A stretch of 52,540 bases of DNA from a virus (lineage: Duplodnaviria > Caudoviricetes), in the IMG/VR virus record IMGVR_UViG_3300025703_000007, positions 1 to 52,540 of that record; one strand, 5' to 3'. Numbering within the stretch: position 1 is the first letter of the stretch; every line of letters begins with the position of its first letter. The notes beneath the pieces are model-generated. The model searched no databases and had not been told where the DNA came from. It saw nothing but the letters and a program-made list of their open reading frames with translations. The position numbers and the translations under genes are program-made. This document shows positions 1-9,819 of this stretch, piece after piece.

Positions 1-340
1 CGTGACTTACTCCGAATACGTAATCCAAGTAATCTGAAAATACAACCCCGATAGGCTGCATTACGCTACCGCTTATATTAGCTAACACATCACCATCCGC
101 AATGGAAGGAAGGGAACCGCCAGGGGGAGGTGCCCAATCTATATCACTGCCCGTACTTGTTAGCACGTAACTTAAAGCCCCGGGCGGTAAAGTAAGCCAA
201 CTGCCGTAAGCACGGTATAACAACGCGCCATCTGTAATACCAAACACGTAATCCAAATAATCTGAAAGCGTAGTTCCTACAGGCTGCGCCGTACCGCCGC
301 TCGTATTCGCTAAAAGATCACCGTCAACAATCACCGGAAG
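1..340 (-). repeat. 228-bp (76-aa) coding tandem repeat, about 1.5 copies at left end
   Basis: ATCCAARTAATCTGAAA at 23 and 251; a further copy at 52290-52540. Confidence 0.9.
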
Positions 341-1138
341 CGCGCCGCTTGCAAGCGCAGCAATATCGGCAGCGTTCACGCGCACCGCGACGCCGTCGAT
401 TGTCACGGGCACTTGCGCGTGCGGGTCGACACCGCTGTTTGCTGGCAATGCGTCGATCAACGCTTCGAGTGACCCGAGTTCACGAACCAGTCGGTACGCC
501 GCTGGCAAAAAATCGGTGTAGGAGTCAGGAAAATTCGAGTCAAAAGCGGTGGCCAGCACTACCGGCACACTAGGGTCGACGTAGATCTGCGTTGACGATA
601 CCGCGATGCCTAGCAGCAACGCCGTGGCGTCGTTGCTTCCGGGTGTTTGAGTGATACCCGTGCCATCGACGTAGACAGCACGATCAACGAGAAGGCCCGA
701 GACACCCGGTGGCGCATAAACCCCGCGGCGCTGCACTTGCACCATCGCGCCCGTTGACGCTGCGTTAATCGCCACGCCGAGCAGTCCCAGGATGCGTGTT
801 GGGTCGCTTGGGTCAGCTGCGCCTACCGATAGCGCATCGATCGGCACGACACCTTGCCCGAGCGTAATCGTCTCGCCAGCGAGGAATGACTCGATATCAG
901 TCGAATTCGTATTTTCAAGCGCGCTAACCCGCAGAGCGAGCGTAGTTAGCTGTGCTAGAAGTGCTCCAAAGCTACCTGAAGAATTTTGTGAATTCGCTTG
1001 GGCTCGGACAGTACTCGACGTGGTGCCGATAACCGCCTCAGCAGCTTCAATGCGTTGCCGAATGTTTTGAATGGCGGTCTGAAGTACGCGCAAATCAAGC
1101 GCGTTGGGCGTCGTGATTGACGGTGAGCCGAGAGCCAT
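2..1138 (-). CDS. Tail fibre/tail appendage-like protein, N-terminal part; runs off the left end of the window
   Basis: Not in ORF track; read by hand from ATG at 1138 (MALGSPSITTPNALDLR...) with no stop seen down to position 2; coiled-coil N-terminus, then 76-aa repeats SDYLDYVFG...GALLYRAYGSW. Confidence 0.85.
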   Translation of the reverse strand, partial: MALGSPSITTPNALDLRVLQTAIQNIRQRIEAAEAVIGTTSSTVRAQANSQNSSGSFGALLAQLTTLALRVSALENTNSTDIESFLAGETITLGQGVVPIDALSVGAADPSDPTRILGLLGVAINAASTGAMVQVQRRGVYAPPGVSGLLVDRAVYVDGTGITQTPGSNDATALLLGIAVSSTQIYVDPSVPVVLATAFDSNFPDSYTDFLPAAYRLVRELGSLEALIDALPANSGVDPHAQVPVTIDGVAVRVNAADIAALASGALPVIVDGDLLANTSGGTAQPVGTTLSDYLDYVFGITDGALLYRAYGSWLTLPPGALSYVLTSTGSDIDWAPPPGGSLPSIADGDVLANISGSVMQPIGVVFSDYLDYVFGVSH

Positions 1139-1139
1139 A

Positions 1140-3488
1140 TCAATTCAACTCGGTAACGTCATCCGCAGCTTGCAGCACGCGTACCGTATCGGTTCCAACG
1201 AGCTCCATCTCAAACGTCCCGTAAGCTTGCTGCGGCGGCGTGAGCGTGAATTCAGTATCACTCATGAGCACGATCTCGTTGAGCAATGCGCCATCGCCGT
1301 AAAAACGAACAATCAGGTTGCCGGATGCATCCGGGTCACGCCGCACTTGCGCCATGTTGTAAAACGTCGGGAACGGCTCTAGCCATAGCTTAGTGCGCCA
1401 CCGGTAGGTCATGTACTCTGAGGTGTTGCCTTCAAATGCGTAGATTGTGCGGCCGTCGACGTAGACTGGTGCCGACGACGGGGTAGGTAATAGCGCGTCA
1501 TCAGGCTCAGTGTCAGCATCGAGCACCAAGTACATAATATCTTCAACTGGGTCAACGTAAGCCGCGCTTGCGTGGAACGCCATCTCGACCACACCGAAGC
1601 CATGGGTACGCAAGTCCACGGCGTAGCAACCCTGGGCGGATCCAGATTGCCAAAACATGAAATAAATATCGTCATGAGCGACACTGAAAATACTGCTTGG
1701 GTTAAGCGCTTGCCATTGCCTGCGCGTGAACACGCTCTCGGTAAGGTTGCGAGCTTGCCCAACACCGGCCACCACGATCAACCCGTCCGGTCCGGAGAAC
1801 ACGACACCAAGTCCGGTGATGTATGCAAAGCTGCGTTTACTCGAACAAGCATGCGGTACTTCGAACTTGCTCATGCTGTAGTTAGCCGGGTCGTTCCCTG
1901 AGGCCACATACAAAAAGCTTTGCGTACCGATCACCACAGTGGTGTCAATGTTGCCGATGCCCACGATGGCCGTATCGGTGCTGAGTCGATAAGCCACGGG
2001 CCACGCGTGCGGAAAATTCTGTGCGCTGAAGCAGAGCTCGTTATTGCTGAAGCCCACCATCACCCCGTTGGGTAGCGCGAGAATGCCTTGCAAATCGCTA
2101 GGCGGGAGTTCCCAATTGTCTGAGGGCAGTACCTCGCCAAGTTCAGCATCCGTCGATGTGTCGATGTAATCGGCTTGCGAAAGCGGGATCTCGGCTAAAA
2201 ACAAAAACGCGGTCCCCGTCGCACCAGTTGCTGCACGGTAGATTCGCTTCGTTGTAAGGCCGTAATCACCAGTGATACCAGTTGGCGCACTCGTTTGCGT
2301 GGTGATCGTGACAGTCACCCCGTCCGGTCGCAAGATCGTTGTGCTCGGCAAACTCGGTGCACTCTCTTCACCGAAGTCATTGACGAAAGTCACAACATAC
2401 GATGTCGCAACGTCAGTGATCACCGCATTGAGTGACCCGCTCGCTTGCACAAGAATGTTGTCGTAGTAAGTGTCTTTCTGATCGTTGCCCGTGACACCAA
2501 GCAGCGCGCAGTAGTCGCCAGCGTCGAAAGTGCTCGTCGCTGACACGGCTCCGAGTTGCCCGGAGCCTAGGTAAACCGATGCCGTGACCGTGACCGAGTT
2601 GTCGGCATTGACGCTGCGCAACGCTGTAAGGGTGTACCAAACCCCTTTGCTCAAGCCCGCGGATAAAGGGATCGAAGTCAAAATCGACTGCGTACCAAAG
2701 TCGGAACCGGCGAGCACAGCAAGCACGGGTGAGCTGATGTCACTGAATACGCCTACACGCGCTCCGGCCCCCGTTACTGTTAACCCGATCCCGATCTCCA
2801 CAACGATCCCGCTACCGCCTTGCGTTGGGTCGATCATGAAATCAGAGCTCATGAACGAAACTGAGGCGCCTGAAATACCGAAATTCCGGTAAGCGTAAGC
2901 CGGCGTACCGCCGTTGTTTTCGATTGCGACTTCGTAGCTCGGCGCTGGGTTACCGGTGATGGCCGACTGCACCACAAACGACGTATTGTTGGTGACGTTT
3001 AAAAACGATGAAGTCGTCCAGTTGGTCGCTAAGTCGCTACCATCGTCAAACACGTTGACTGAGAAAGTCGTTGGGGTCGTGTCAATACCCACTACTAAAG
3101 TCGGCGGCGAGTCGGGCGCTGGCACGCCGAGGAGTCGCGTAGCAACAGGGTAAGGCTGCGCCCCAGTGGTCGCCAGTGCGAGGTTAGTGAAGCGCGGAGC
3201 ATCCAAACCGGTGAGATAAGTTCGATATGTCGTGTCACCGGGCACCGTACCGCGAGCCACATCAACTTGCTGATCCCAAGAAAGCCAATATTGCCCGGCC
3301 ATCAACGAGATCGTCTGCACCGGTCCGTCGTTTGCGAGCCCTTGCGTCATCAAAAACTGACGAAACGCTGTCAAATCGCCAGTAAAAAGTCGAGCATTCA
3401 CCGCGGCTTGCGCAGAATTATCCGGCAGCTCCCGCGGTGTCATCAGCGGCACTTCACCGCGGAAAGCATTGACGATGTGGGCTGTCAT
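1140..3488 (-). CDS. Tail nozzle / tail tubular B-like stabilisation protein
   Basis: 782 aa from MTAHIVNAFRGEVP; motifs YVVTFVNDFGEESAPS, KRIYR, PHAWP, CSSKRS; position in tail module. Confidence 0.7.
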   Translation of the reverse strand: MTAHIVNAFRGEVPLMTPRELPDNSAQAAVNARLFTGDLTAFRQFLMTQGLANDGPVQTISLMAGQYWLSWDQQVDVARGTVPGDTTYRTYLTGLDAPRFTNLALATTGAQPYPVATRLLGVPAPDSPPTLVVGIDTTPTTFSVNVFDDGSDLATNWTTSSFLNVTNNTSFVVQSAITGNPAPSYEVAIENNGGTPAYAYRNFGISGASVSFMSSDFMIDPTQGGSGIVVEIGIGLTVTGAGARVGVFSDISSPVLAVLAGSDFGTQSILTSIPLSAGLSKGVWYTLTALRSVNADNSVTVTASVYLGSGQLGAVSATSTFDAGDYCALLGVTGNDQKDTYYDNILVQASGSLNAVITDVATSYVVTFVNDFGEESAPSLPSTTILRPDGVTVTITTQTSAPTGITGDYGLTTKRIYRAATGATGTAFLFLAEIPLSQADYIDTSTDAELGEVLPSDNWELPPSDLQGILALPNGVMVGFSNNELCFSAQNFPHAWPVAYRLSTDTAIVGIGNIDTTVVIGTQSFLYVASGNDPANYSMSKFEVPHACSSKRSFAYITGLGVVFSGPDGLIVVAGVGQARNLTESVFTRRQWQALNPSSIFSVAHDDIYFMFWQSGSAQGCYAVDLRTHGFGVVEMAFHASAAYVDPVEDIMYLVLDADTEPDDALLPTPSSAPVYVDGRTIYAFEGNTSEYMTYRWRTKLWLEPFPTFYNMAQVRRDPDASGNLIVRFYGDGALLNEIVLMSDTEFTLTPPQQAYGTFEMELVGTDTVRVLQAADDVTELN

Positions 3489-4165
3489 GACACGCGTGCC
3501 CAGGGGCGATACCCGGTAGGAAGTGGGTAGAGAATGTCGAGTCCTAAACGCGCTTGAAAAAACGATGGCCCTCCTATAACACCCCCATCGTAACTCGCGA
3601 TAGTCCCCACAAAATCTTGATCCGGGAGCGTTAATGCAGGATTTATATCTAGAGTAGGATTCTGCGAACCCAACCACGCGCCTTGATAACCGAAAAATAC
3701 ATGCCCATTTTCTCCGTTTATAGCAACCATGATGGTTGCCCCGAGAGCTGTACCGTATTGACTATCCGCGCCGTTAGCCCCGTCAGTCCATAAACCCGGA
3801 TGCACTCCCCCGACAAAGTTACTCGTAGCCATGTAAGTTTGTCGTGAGGCGGGATTAGCACTCCCGTCATTCGCGTTAGCCCAAGAAACAAAACCTATAG
3901 ACGCGCCCATGTGCTCAGGGCCGTTAAAAGTGAATTCAAAATACCTTTTATCTGTTATCTGGTAGAGACCTGTACTCCCAAAACGATCAGTGATATTAGC
4001 GGCGCGCCAAGTTGATCCTACTCCCGTATGCTCCGCAATAAGATTGTTATCTGACAACGCAAGCACAGATGCGGTCCCTAACAACGAGGGTAGGTACATC
4101 TGCGCCGGCCCGAATACAGGCGGCGGATCATGGGGCATGCGCGCTCCCGCGCGAACAGCACGCAT
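3485..4165 (-). CDS. SPRY/ConA-like beta-sandwich virion protein
   Basis: KRYFEF...ASIG...GATIMVAI...VFFGYQGAW...PTGYRPW pattern; TGATG coupling to upstream gene at 4165. Confidence 0.6.
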   Translation of the reverse strand: MRAVRAGARMPHDPPPVFGPAQMYLPSLLGTASVLALSDNNLIAEHTGVGSTWRAANITDRFGSTGLYQITDKRYFEFTFNGPEHMGASIGFVSWANANDGSANPASRQTYMATSNFVGGVHPGLWTDGANGADSQYGTALGATIMVAINGENGHVFFGYQGAWLGSQNPTLDINPALTLPDQDFVGTIASYDGGVIGGPSFFQARLGLDILYPLPTGYRPWARVS

Positions 4166-4809
4166 CAGCTCAACGCGGCCATGTCGCCGCAAAGAATCCA
4201 CGTATTTGCTGTACGCTTAACCAAAGTAAGCGTTGCGCCTTGACCCGCAGAAAACGGTAAGAACTGATCGATTCGATAAAGCAGCTGCACACCTGAGACA
4301 GGCGTAAATTCAATCTGCGCAGCGCCCTCCTGAAACACTAAAACTGATTGGCCGTTAATGAAGTCAATCGTTGGGTCACCTGTGTCACCCGGGATGAAAA
4401 CAGTCTGTATACCAGTCGTACCACTTGTCGAAATGCCGTTTTCAGCATCGGAAAGTTGCAACGTATAGTCGCCCGGCACATCTTCCCAAATCAAGTGTGG
4501 CGCTGCAATAGTAAGTGTAGCAACGTCACCGGAAACAGTTACGCCGATCCCGCTGCCGATATTCAACGTGCTGACCAGAGCTTGCGTCACGCCATCAATT
4601 TGGATGCCAATACCGTCAGCAGTTATTGTTAAGACGTTCGCGCTTTCCCCGACACCGCGAGTAGCTGTCAACCCCGTATTGATATCAACGGTGTCGACAT
4701 CCGGGCCACCGAGGTCGTAGCCCTGCGTTTGCCACTGCAAAAATTGTGGAAAACCGTCGTCAGTCGACGGCGGGAAAGGACCGACGGGGGTGACACTAAA
4801 AGAGGGCAT
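4165..4809 (-). CDS. Tail-associated virion protein
   Basis: 214 aa; C-terminal YTLQLSDA...TLVKRTANTWILCGDM resembles tail-fibre terminal domains. Confidence 0.55.
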   Translation of the reverse strand: MPSFSVTPVGPFPPSTDDGFPQFLQWQTQGYDLGGPDVDTVDINTGLTATRGVGESANVLTITADGIGIQIDGVTQALVSTLNIGSGIGVTVSGDVATLTIAAPHLIWEDVPGDYTLQLSDAENGISTSGTTGIQTVFIPGDTGDPTIDFINGQSVLVFQEGAAQIEFTPVSGVQLLYRIDQFLPFSAGQGATLTLVKRTANTWILCGDMAALS

Positions 4810-4818
4810 GCTGTTCTC

Positions 4819-5463
4819 TCAAACGAGAAATTGACGTTGACGCGCGCGTTGCGAACCGACGTTGTAATTGCGTTGCGCTTCAGCTTTGCCGTTGGAGATG
4901 CCGGAACGAAACTCGCGGCCCTTCATCATCGCAGTCTGCTTGTCAGTCCACGGCATGCCGGGTAGCCCGAGCAAGTACTCAAGCGCGCCGGCTTCGATAT
5001 CGTTGCTGTATTTGATAAGCGGTGACTCAGGCACGTTCACCGCGGCTTCTTTCGGTGCCAAAATGAGCGTGATCAGCAGTTCGTAAATCTGAGAAGGAAT
5101 CGGATCAACCGAAAACTGCGCTTCCGCGATGTACTGAAACCGCACCGGCATGCCAGGCTTCATATTCGGATCCCATTGCCCTGAGTCGCTGGGCACGATC
5201 GGCCAATACTGAATACCTTGCTGCTGACTCTGCGAGCCCTGCATCGCGAAAACGCCCATGATGTCGAGCTGTGGGTCGTTTCCCAACGCGTACTGACGTA
5301 TGCCGACCACAGTAGCCCCCGGGATATTTAATCGCAACCATTGCGTTTGCTGGCACCACTCACGAAACGCGCGCATGTAAGCATGGCGCAATGTAGCGGT
5401 AGGGCACTTGCGTGCAACCTGAGCTACGTTGGCCAAATAGTCATTAACGCTGACTGTATTCAT
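4819..5463 (-). CDS. Head-tail adaptor / tail tubular A-like protein
   Basis: 214 aa from MNTVSVND; AFREWCQQTQW, IEAGALEYLLGLPGMPWTD motifs. Confidence 0.65.
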   Translation of the reverse strand: MNTVSVNDYLANVAQVARKCPTATLRHAYMRAFREWCQQTQWLRLNIPGATVVGIRQYALGNDPQLDIMGVFAMQGSQSQQQGIQYWPIVPSDSGQWDPNMKPGMPVRFQYIAEAQFSVDPIPSQIYELLITLILAPKEAAVNVPESPLIKYSNDIEAGALEYLLGLPGMPWTDKQTAMMKGREFRSGISNGKAEAQRNYNVGSQRARQRQFLV

Positions 5464-5558
5464 AGCAACTTCCAAAGCAGGTAACCTGCGAGAAGCGCAG
5501 CTACAGCTACGAAGTCGTCAACCATGCGCCGATGCTTGCGATACCAATTAACCATCAT
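5460..5558 (-). CDS. Small membrane peptide (32 aa)
   Basis: Hand-read MMVNWYRKHRRMVDDFVAVAALLAGYLLWKLL; fills the gap with ATGA overlaps at both ends. Confidence 0.5.
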   Translation of the reverse strand: MMVNWYRKHRRMVDDFVAVAALLAGYLLWKLL

Positions 5559-6199
5559 GTCGTTCCCGGTGACGCATCGACTTTCGGTGCGATCGCAATC
5601 TGCGCCTGCGACTTCATGCCCAACATTTGCCCCCACTGCTTCATAAAGTCCTGAGCCTTCTGCGGACTTTGCCGAGCAGAAGCCTTGCTATAGCACTTCG
5701 ATAGCACAAACACGGTCAGCGCATGCTGATATGAGTCAGGAATCGAAAGCTCTTCCGCATCGTAGGTGACTGTCGGCGGCACAGCCCCGTAAATCAAGTC
5801 AACAACACCCGCACCATTGTTCGGGGGGAACACAACAAAACGTCGCGGGTTGCGCGGATCTTCGGTGTAGTGCTCGACTTGCGCTTGCATCGTCCCAGCC
5901 GGCCAAAACCGATTGGACTCATCAAGCAGTTCTTTATCGACTTGCGTCACGACGCGGCCATTCGGGCTATTGCGCGGCACATCGATAAGCGCCACGCCGT
6001 CGGATGGCAAATTCTGGATCATGCCGGCCGCGAGCGTGAATGGGGTTTCAACGACGTAGCAATCAGGCTTTACGAATGCCGTAGCCGTCAATGCTTCATT
6101 GAGGTAGGTCATCAACTCGGGATCAGTCCAACCAACTCCCGGCGCTGGGTCAAAGAGCTGCGTACGCACGTCATCAAGGATGGTCGAAACTTGCATCAA
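5555..6199 (-). CDS. Adaptor-like virion protein (DUF6682-like), paralog 2
   Basis: WTDPELMTYLN, QNLPSDG..LIDVPRN, FVVFPP; aligns with 6196-6831. Confidence 0.65.
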   Translation of the reverse strand: MMQVSTILDDVRTQLFDPAPGVGWTDPELMTYLNEALTATAFVKPDCYVVETPFTLAAGMIQNLPSDGVALIDVPRNSPNGRVVTQVDKELLDESNRFWPAGTMQAQVEHYTEDPRNPRRFVVFPPNNGAGVVDLIYGAVPPTVTYDAEELSIPDSYQHALTVFVLSKCYSKASARQSPQKAQDFMKQWGQMLGMKSQAQIAIAPKVDASPGTT

Positions 6200-6831
6200 C
6201 GGCTCCCCACAAGATCAGGGGGAGCAACCATGCTGTCTTTAGTTTTCTTCCACGAGTCAAGGATCGATGTAAAAAGACCCATGTAGCTCGTTGCCTTTGT
6301 CATGTCTTGCCGTTTTGAATTCTTGGAGTAAGCCATCCCCAACACATAAGCCCATAACGCCGTGTTGAACGTTGCATCGATCGGGATCTCATCAGCCAGG
6401 TAATTCATCACGGGCGGCGTTGCGGCGTACACCAGCTCGGCCGTGCCCGCACCGGTGGCAGCGGGATAGACAAGGAAAGTCTTTGGCGAACGTCGGTCAT
6501 ACATGAAATAGCTGATCGTGTCCGATGCCGGATCGTTCGGCCAGCTGGGTCGCGTACGTGCCAGCTCGTTCATTGCCTGCTGCGTCACTGCGGTGCCGTC
6601 ACCCGTGCGCGGAATATCGATCAGCATGAGCCCGTCAGCAGGCAACACCTGACGCACCCCGGCTGTGAGCGCCACCTCGTTGGCAACCACGTAGATGTCA
6701 AGCAACGTGCCGCACGCTTGCGCAATCCCGTTATTGAGGTACGTCAACAGCTCCGCACTCGTCCACGTCGTGCCGCTCTCATCAAGCAACGTGGCAGAGA
6801 CTTCCCCTAGAAGCGTTGACGCAAGGGTCAC
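6196..6831 (-). CDS. Adaptor-like virion protein (DUF6682-like), paralog 1
   Basis: WTSAELLTYLN, QVLPADG..LIDIPRT, FLVYPA, MAYSK. Confidence 0.65.
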   Translation of the reverse strand: MTLASTLLGEVSATLLDESGTTWTSAELLTYLNNGIAQACGTLLDIYVVANEVALTAGVRQVLPADGLMLIDIPRTGDGTAVTQQAMNELARTRPSWPNDPASDTISYFMYDRRSPKTFLVYPAATGAGTAELVYAATPPVMNYLADEIPIDATFNTALWAYVLGMAYSKNSKRQDMTKATSYMGLFTSILDSWKKTKDSMVAPPDLVGSR

Positions 6832-7244
6832 GTCAGTTCGCTCTCAGCCACTGAAGTAGCTAGTGCCATGACTTCTTTGCGCAACGTGCGCACGTCTTTC
6901 GAAGCATCAAGCACGTGACCAAACTCATCCTGCGCGAACACAACAAGCTCATCCTTGGTCGCAGTGCCAACGTCAAACGTGTCGGCTTCAGCTTTGCTGT
7001 TCACAACCTTCATCGGCAGTTGCCTCAGCGCACCAGCCAGCCAGCGTAGCCGCTCAGGGGCACCGATATCCGGGCCTTTAGGCCCCGTATAAATCCGGTA
7101 ATCCTTGTGGACTCGTAGCCGCGGTGTGTTGGGCATCAACCGACCATCGTGGATGTTAATAACGTGTGGGTTGACCTTGTCCTGCTTGTGCTTCACGTTC
7201 GCACTGGCGTTGGATAGGTTGCGTTCTTGCTGTTCGGTGATCAT
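6828..7244 (-). CDS. Hypothetical morphogenesis protein
   Basis: 138 aa, GGAG RBS, C-terminal HeH-like segment ATKDELVVFAQDEFG. Confidence 0.6.
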   Translation of the reverse strand: MITEQQERNLSNASANVKHKQDKVNPHVINIHDGRLMPNTPRLRVHKDYRIYTGPKGPDIGAPERLRWLAGALRQLPMKVVNSKAEADTFDVGTATKDELVVFAQDEFGHVLDASKDVRTLRKEVMALATSVAESELT

Positions 7245-7299
7245 GGGTTTGCTCCGTTTGATCGGAGCTTGATCGACACTTTGCCGACCAAGCTCGAAG

Positions 7300-7473
7300 T
7301 TATTTTTTCATCTTTTTCTTGAAGGCCGCGAACTGCTTTTTGTCGCGAGCTTTATCCTCTTTCGAACCCTCTTTGACGCCCTTGTCATTATCCATTCCTG
7401 ACTTCTCGAACGCAGCTTTTGTTACTGCTTTTTTCTTGGCGCCCATCATTGGCTTTTTCTTCATCGTTGCCAT
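7300..7473 (-). CDS. Small Lys-rich basic protein
   Basis: MATMKKKPMMGAKKK...KEGSKEDKARDKKQ; AGGGA upstream. Confidence 0.6.
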   Translation of the reverse strand: MATMKKKPMMGAKKKAVTKAAFEKSGMDNDKGVKEGSKEDKARDKKQFAAFKKKMKK

Positions 7474-7495
7474 CGTGTTTCCCTGTTTTGAGATC

Positions 7496-7522
7496 AAAAA
7501 ACCGGCGCCACGAGGGCGCCGG
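7496..7522 (-). terminator. Rho-independent terminator after capsid operon
   Basis: CCGGCGCC/GGCGCCGG stem followed by T6 on minus strand. Confidence 0.75.
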
Positions 7523-7543
7523 AGTTCTTATTGCGAGTTAGGC

Positions 7544-7744
7544 TTAGGAGCCGGCGGGCGAAGTGCCGGGCGTCAAAGCCCGAATTTTGATCTTGCCCTG
7601 CTGGCCGTTGGTCTGCTCTGGGCCAAGCGGCGGATTCGGATACCGAGCACTTGCCTTTTTCGCAGCTTGCGCTTGTTCAGCTTGGATCGTTTCAGGGGGC
7701 ACCTTAACTTGGTAGTTAGCGCCGTATGGGTTTTTGGTCTTCAT
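7544..7744 (-). CDS. Small protein downstream of capsid (possible decoration protein)
   Basis: 66 aa, AGGAG RBS. Confidence 0.6.
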   Translation of the reverse strand: MKTKNPYGANYQVKVPPETIQAEQAQAAKKASARYPNPPLGPEQTNGQQGKIKIRALTPGTSPAGS

Positions 7745-7774
7745 AGAAAGCTCCTAGAGTTACGAAAACGACTT

Positions 7775-8719
7775 TCAGGGGTTGCTGACGCTAGCGTTGA
7801 CAACCGCTGTACCGACGTAGTTCGGACCAATGACTTCATAGCCAAACACCATCAGACCACGGATGATGTACCCGAAGTCGTTAGGGTTGTCAATCATCTG
7901 GCACTCAACGATCTGGCTCGCGAACGTCAAGCCAGCGCTGTGACCGAACATGAGGTACTGAGCAGGGCCTGGTGACGTTTGCTTAAGCAGGTTACGCGAC
8001 TGGTACATCGTGAAGCGATCAATCTCACCGACCTTACCGTTGCGCATGATCGAGACGCCATCGCCGGCCAACGAAGCAATCCGCAGATCACTTGTCTTGA
8101 CAGCAGCAATGAACGACGGTGCAGCCACCATCCAACGGCCCTCGTCTGACACGTTCTGTTCGTCCAAAACCTGACCGCACAAGACAATGAAGTCAAGGAT
8201 GTTGGTCTTGTCAAGAACAACCGGCGTCGAAGAGGTGCCGAGATTGATGTTGCCTGAATCGACGCCGGCATCTTGACCGCTGTTGAACGCAGACACTTCG
8301 GCTGGGATTGTCTCGAGCATGTCGGCATCAGCCGCAATGCGCAATTGAATCGAGCCGTCGTTCGCGAACACGTCTGCGAGGTCGAGATCGGACTGCCGTG
8401 AGTCGACCGTGGACAGAGCCACAGCAAAGCTCTTGGCTTGGTCGATCGCCAGCGTGACGCTGTTGTTGACCGGGTACTGCGGCGTGAGGCCGGCACCGAT
8501 CACGTAATCCGAGACCGTTACGTCAGGGATCGTGCGGATTTTAATCTGCGCGCCAAAGCCCGCGATCTCACCCTCATAGTCTGTCGACGCGATCTCGCCA
8601 AAGACCGTAGTTTTGTAAAACTTCTCAACCAGCTTGCCACTGTACAACTCCGGGTCGAAGTTGACTGTGCCAGATGGTCCGTAGTCAGGTACGCCTGACG
8701 CGCGCGGAACTCCACTCAT
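7775..8719 (-). CDS. Major capsid protein
   Basis: 314 aa; YEGEIAGFGAQIKIRTIPDVTVSDY, GRWMV, GKVGEIDRF, RGLMVFG; follows portal and scaffold. Confidence 0.85.
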   Translation of the reverse strand: MSGVPRASGVPDYGPSGTVNFDPELYSGKLVEKFYKTTVFGEIASTDYEGEIAGFGAQIKIRTIPDVTVSDYVIGAGLTPQYPVNNSVTLAIDQAKSFAVALSTVDSRQSDLDLADVFANDGSIQLRIAADADMLETIPAEVSAFNSGQDAGVDSGNINLGTSSTPVVLDKTNILDFIVLCGQVLDEQNVSDEGRWMVAAPSFIAAVKTSDLRIASLAGDGVSIMRNGKVGEIDRFTMYQSRNLLKQTSPGPAQYLMFGHSAGLTFASQIVECQMIDNPNDFGYIIRGLMVFGYEVIGPNYVGTAVVNASVSNP

Positions 8720-8752
8720 TTTTGCTCTCCGAAAGGATGTGATTTACACCAG

Positions 8753-9694
8753 TCAACGACTGGCGTGCGTCAGCTTCAATCGGGCATCAAATGTTGCTCG
8801 TTCCGAATCCGTTACCTTGTTCTGCGCTGCACGGGTGTAAAACGCTTTGATCTCGCCTGGCTTCAACGGCGTCATGCCTGTCACTGCGGCAGTGTCGGGC
8901 GGCGCGGCGTCGTTACCTGGTGAAGCTCCTGACCCGCTTGGCGATACAGTCGGCGCGGGGCGCGTCGCTGTTTTCTCCCAAGCTTTGAACATCTTGGCAC
9001 ACGCATCGGCATTGCCTTTGCGAATGTGGATGTCCAAAATAGTCTGGCGTTGCACACCGTTATCGTCCTCTTCCGATAGCCAGGCGAGCCAGCGCGGATC
9101 GACATCAACAGCAGCGTAGTTTGGATACAGCTCAACGAGCCGATCTACAAACCGCTGCTTAGCCAGCGTGACTTGATCCGCCTTAGCCTGCTCGCGTTCC
9201 TGTTGAAGTGGCTTCACGGCCGCGTCAATCAATTCGCGTGACTTAGCTTCAGCGGCTTTCATCGCCGTTTGCGCCATCGCTTCTAGCTGTTCGTCACCGT
9301 AGGCTTTTCGCTGATCTTCCGTAAAGAAGGTCGAGAGATCAACTTTCGGCGCCGCTGCACTGACTTGGGGAGTACGACTTTTCTCTTGCAGTTCAGAAAG
9401 TTGCTGATTCAAAGCGGTGACTTGCGTTTTGCGATCTTCTCGTTCTCGGTTCAGTATGCCCGAGGTGACTGACCAGCGTTGTTTCCAATAAGCCGGGTCG
9501 GTGTCACGAGGATCAGCATTCGCTGCCGGTGTTTGAGTTTCAGCTGAGGTATTAGCAGACGCAACTTGTGTTTGCTCTGCAGGATTCAGGGCCGCCGGTT
9601 CATCGGGTTTCGTGTAGCGCGCGGTAATTGCCGCGGAACGACGCACAACCTGGTGAGGGAGACGAGTTTCATTCGGTGCCTGGTTAGGCTGCAT
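8753..9694 (-). CDS. Capsid scaffolding protein
   Basis: Helical/coiled-coil 313 aa directly upstream of the capsid gene. Confidence 0.7.
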   Translation of the reverse strand: MQPNQAPNETRLPHQVVRRSAAITARYTKPDEPAALNPAEQTQVASANTSAETQTPAANADPRDTDPAYWKQRWSVTSGILNREREDRKTQVTALNQQLSELQEKSRTPQVSAAAPKVDLSTFFTEDQRKAYGDEQLEAMAQTAMKAAEAKSRELIDAAVKPLQQEREQAKADQVTLAKQRFVDRLVELYPNYAAVDVDPRWLAWLSEEDDNGVQRQTILDIHIRKGNADACAKMFKAWEKTATRPAPTVSPSGSGASPGNDAAPPDTAAVTGMTPLKPGEIKAFYTRAAQNKVTDSERATFDARLKLTHASR

Positions 9695-9819
9695 TCAGTT
9701 CTCCACGATCCAGCAAAAATGCTTGGGATTCGTCAGGGATGCGGAATGCGGTTCCCGATTAGGCGCCTGAGCCGCAAGACGGGGGGATCGCCTTGGCACA
9801 GTACGGGCAGACTTGAGAA

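Noticed and set aside
1-340. Diversity-generating retroelement template/variable repeat pair
   Set aside because: No reverse transcriptase seen; differences are not adenine-specific and all copies are in frame in one gene
349-1070. Plus-strand ORFs 349-573 and 792-1070
   Set aside because: Lie opposite the unannotated minus-strand fibre gene 2-1138
9700-9815. GC-rich scaffold leader as a distinct ncRNA
   Set aside because: Only imperfect hairpins visible; cannot be supported without covariation data
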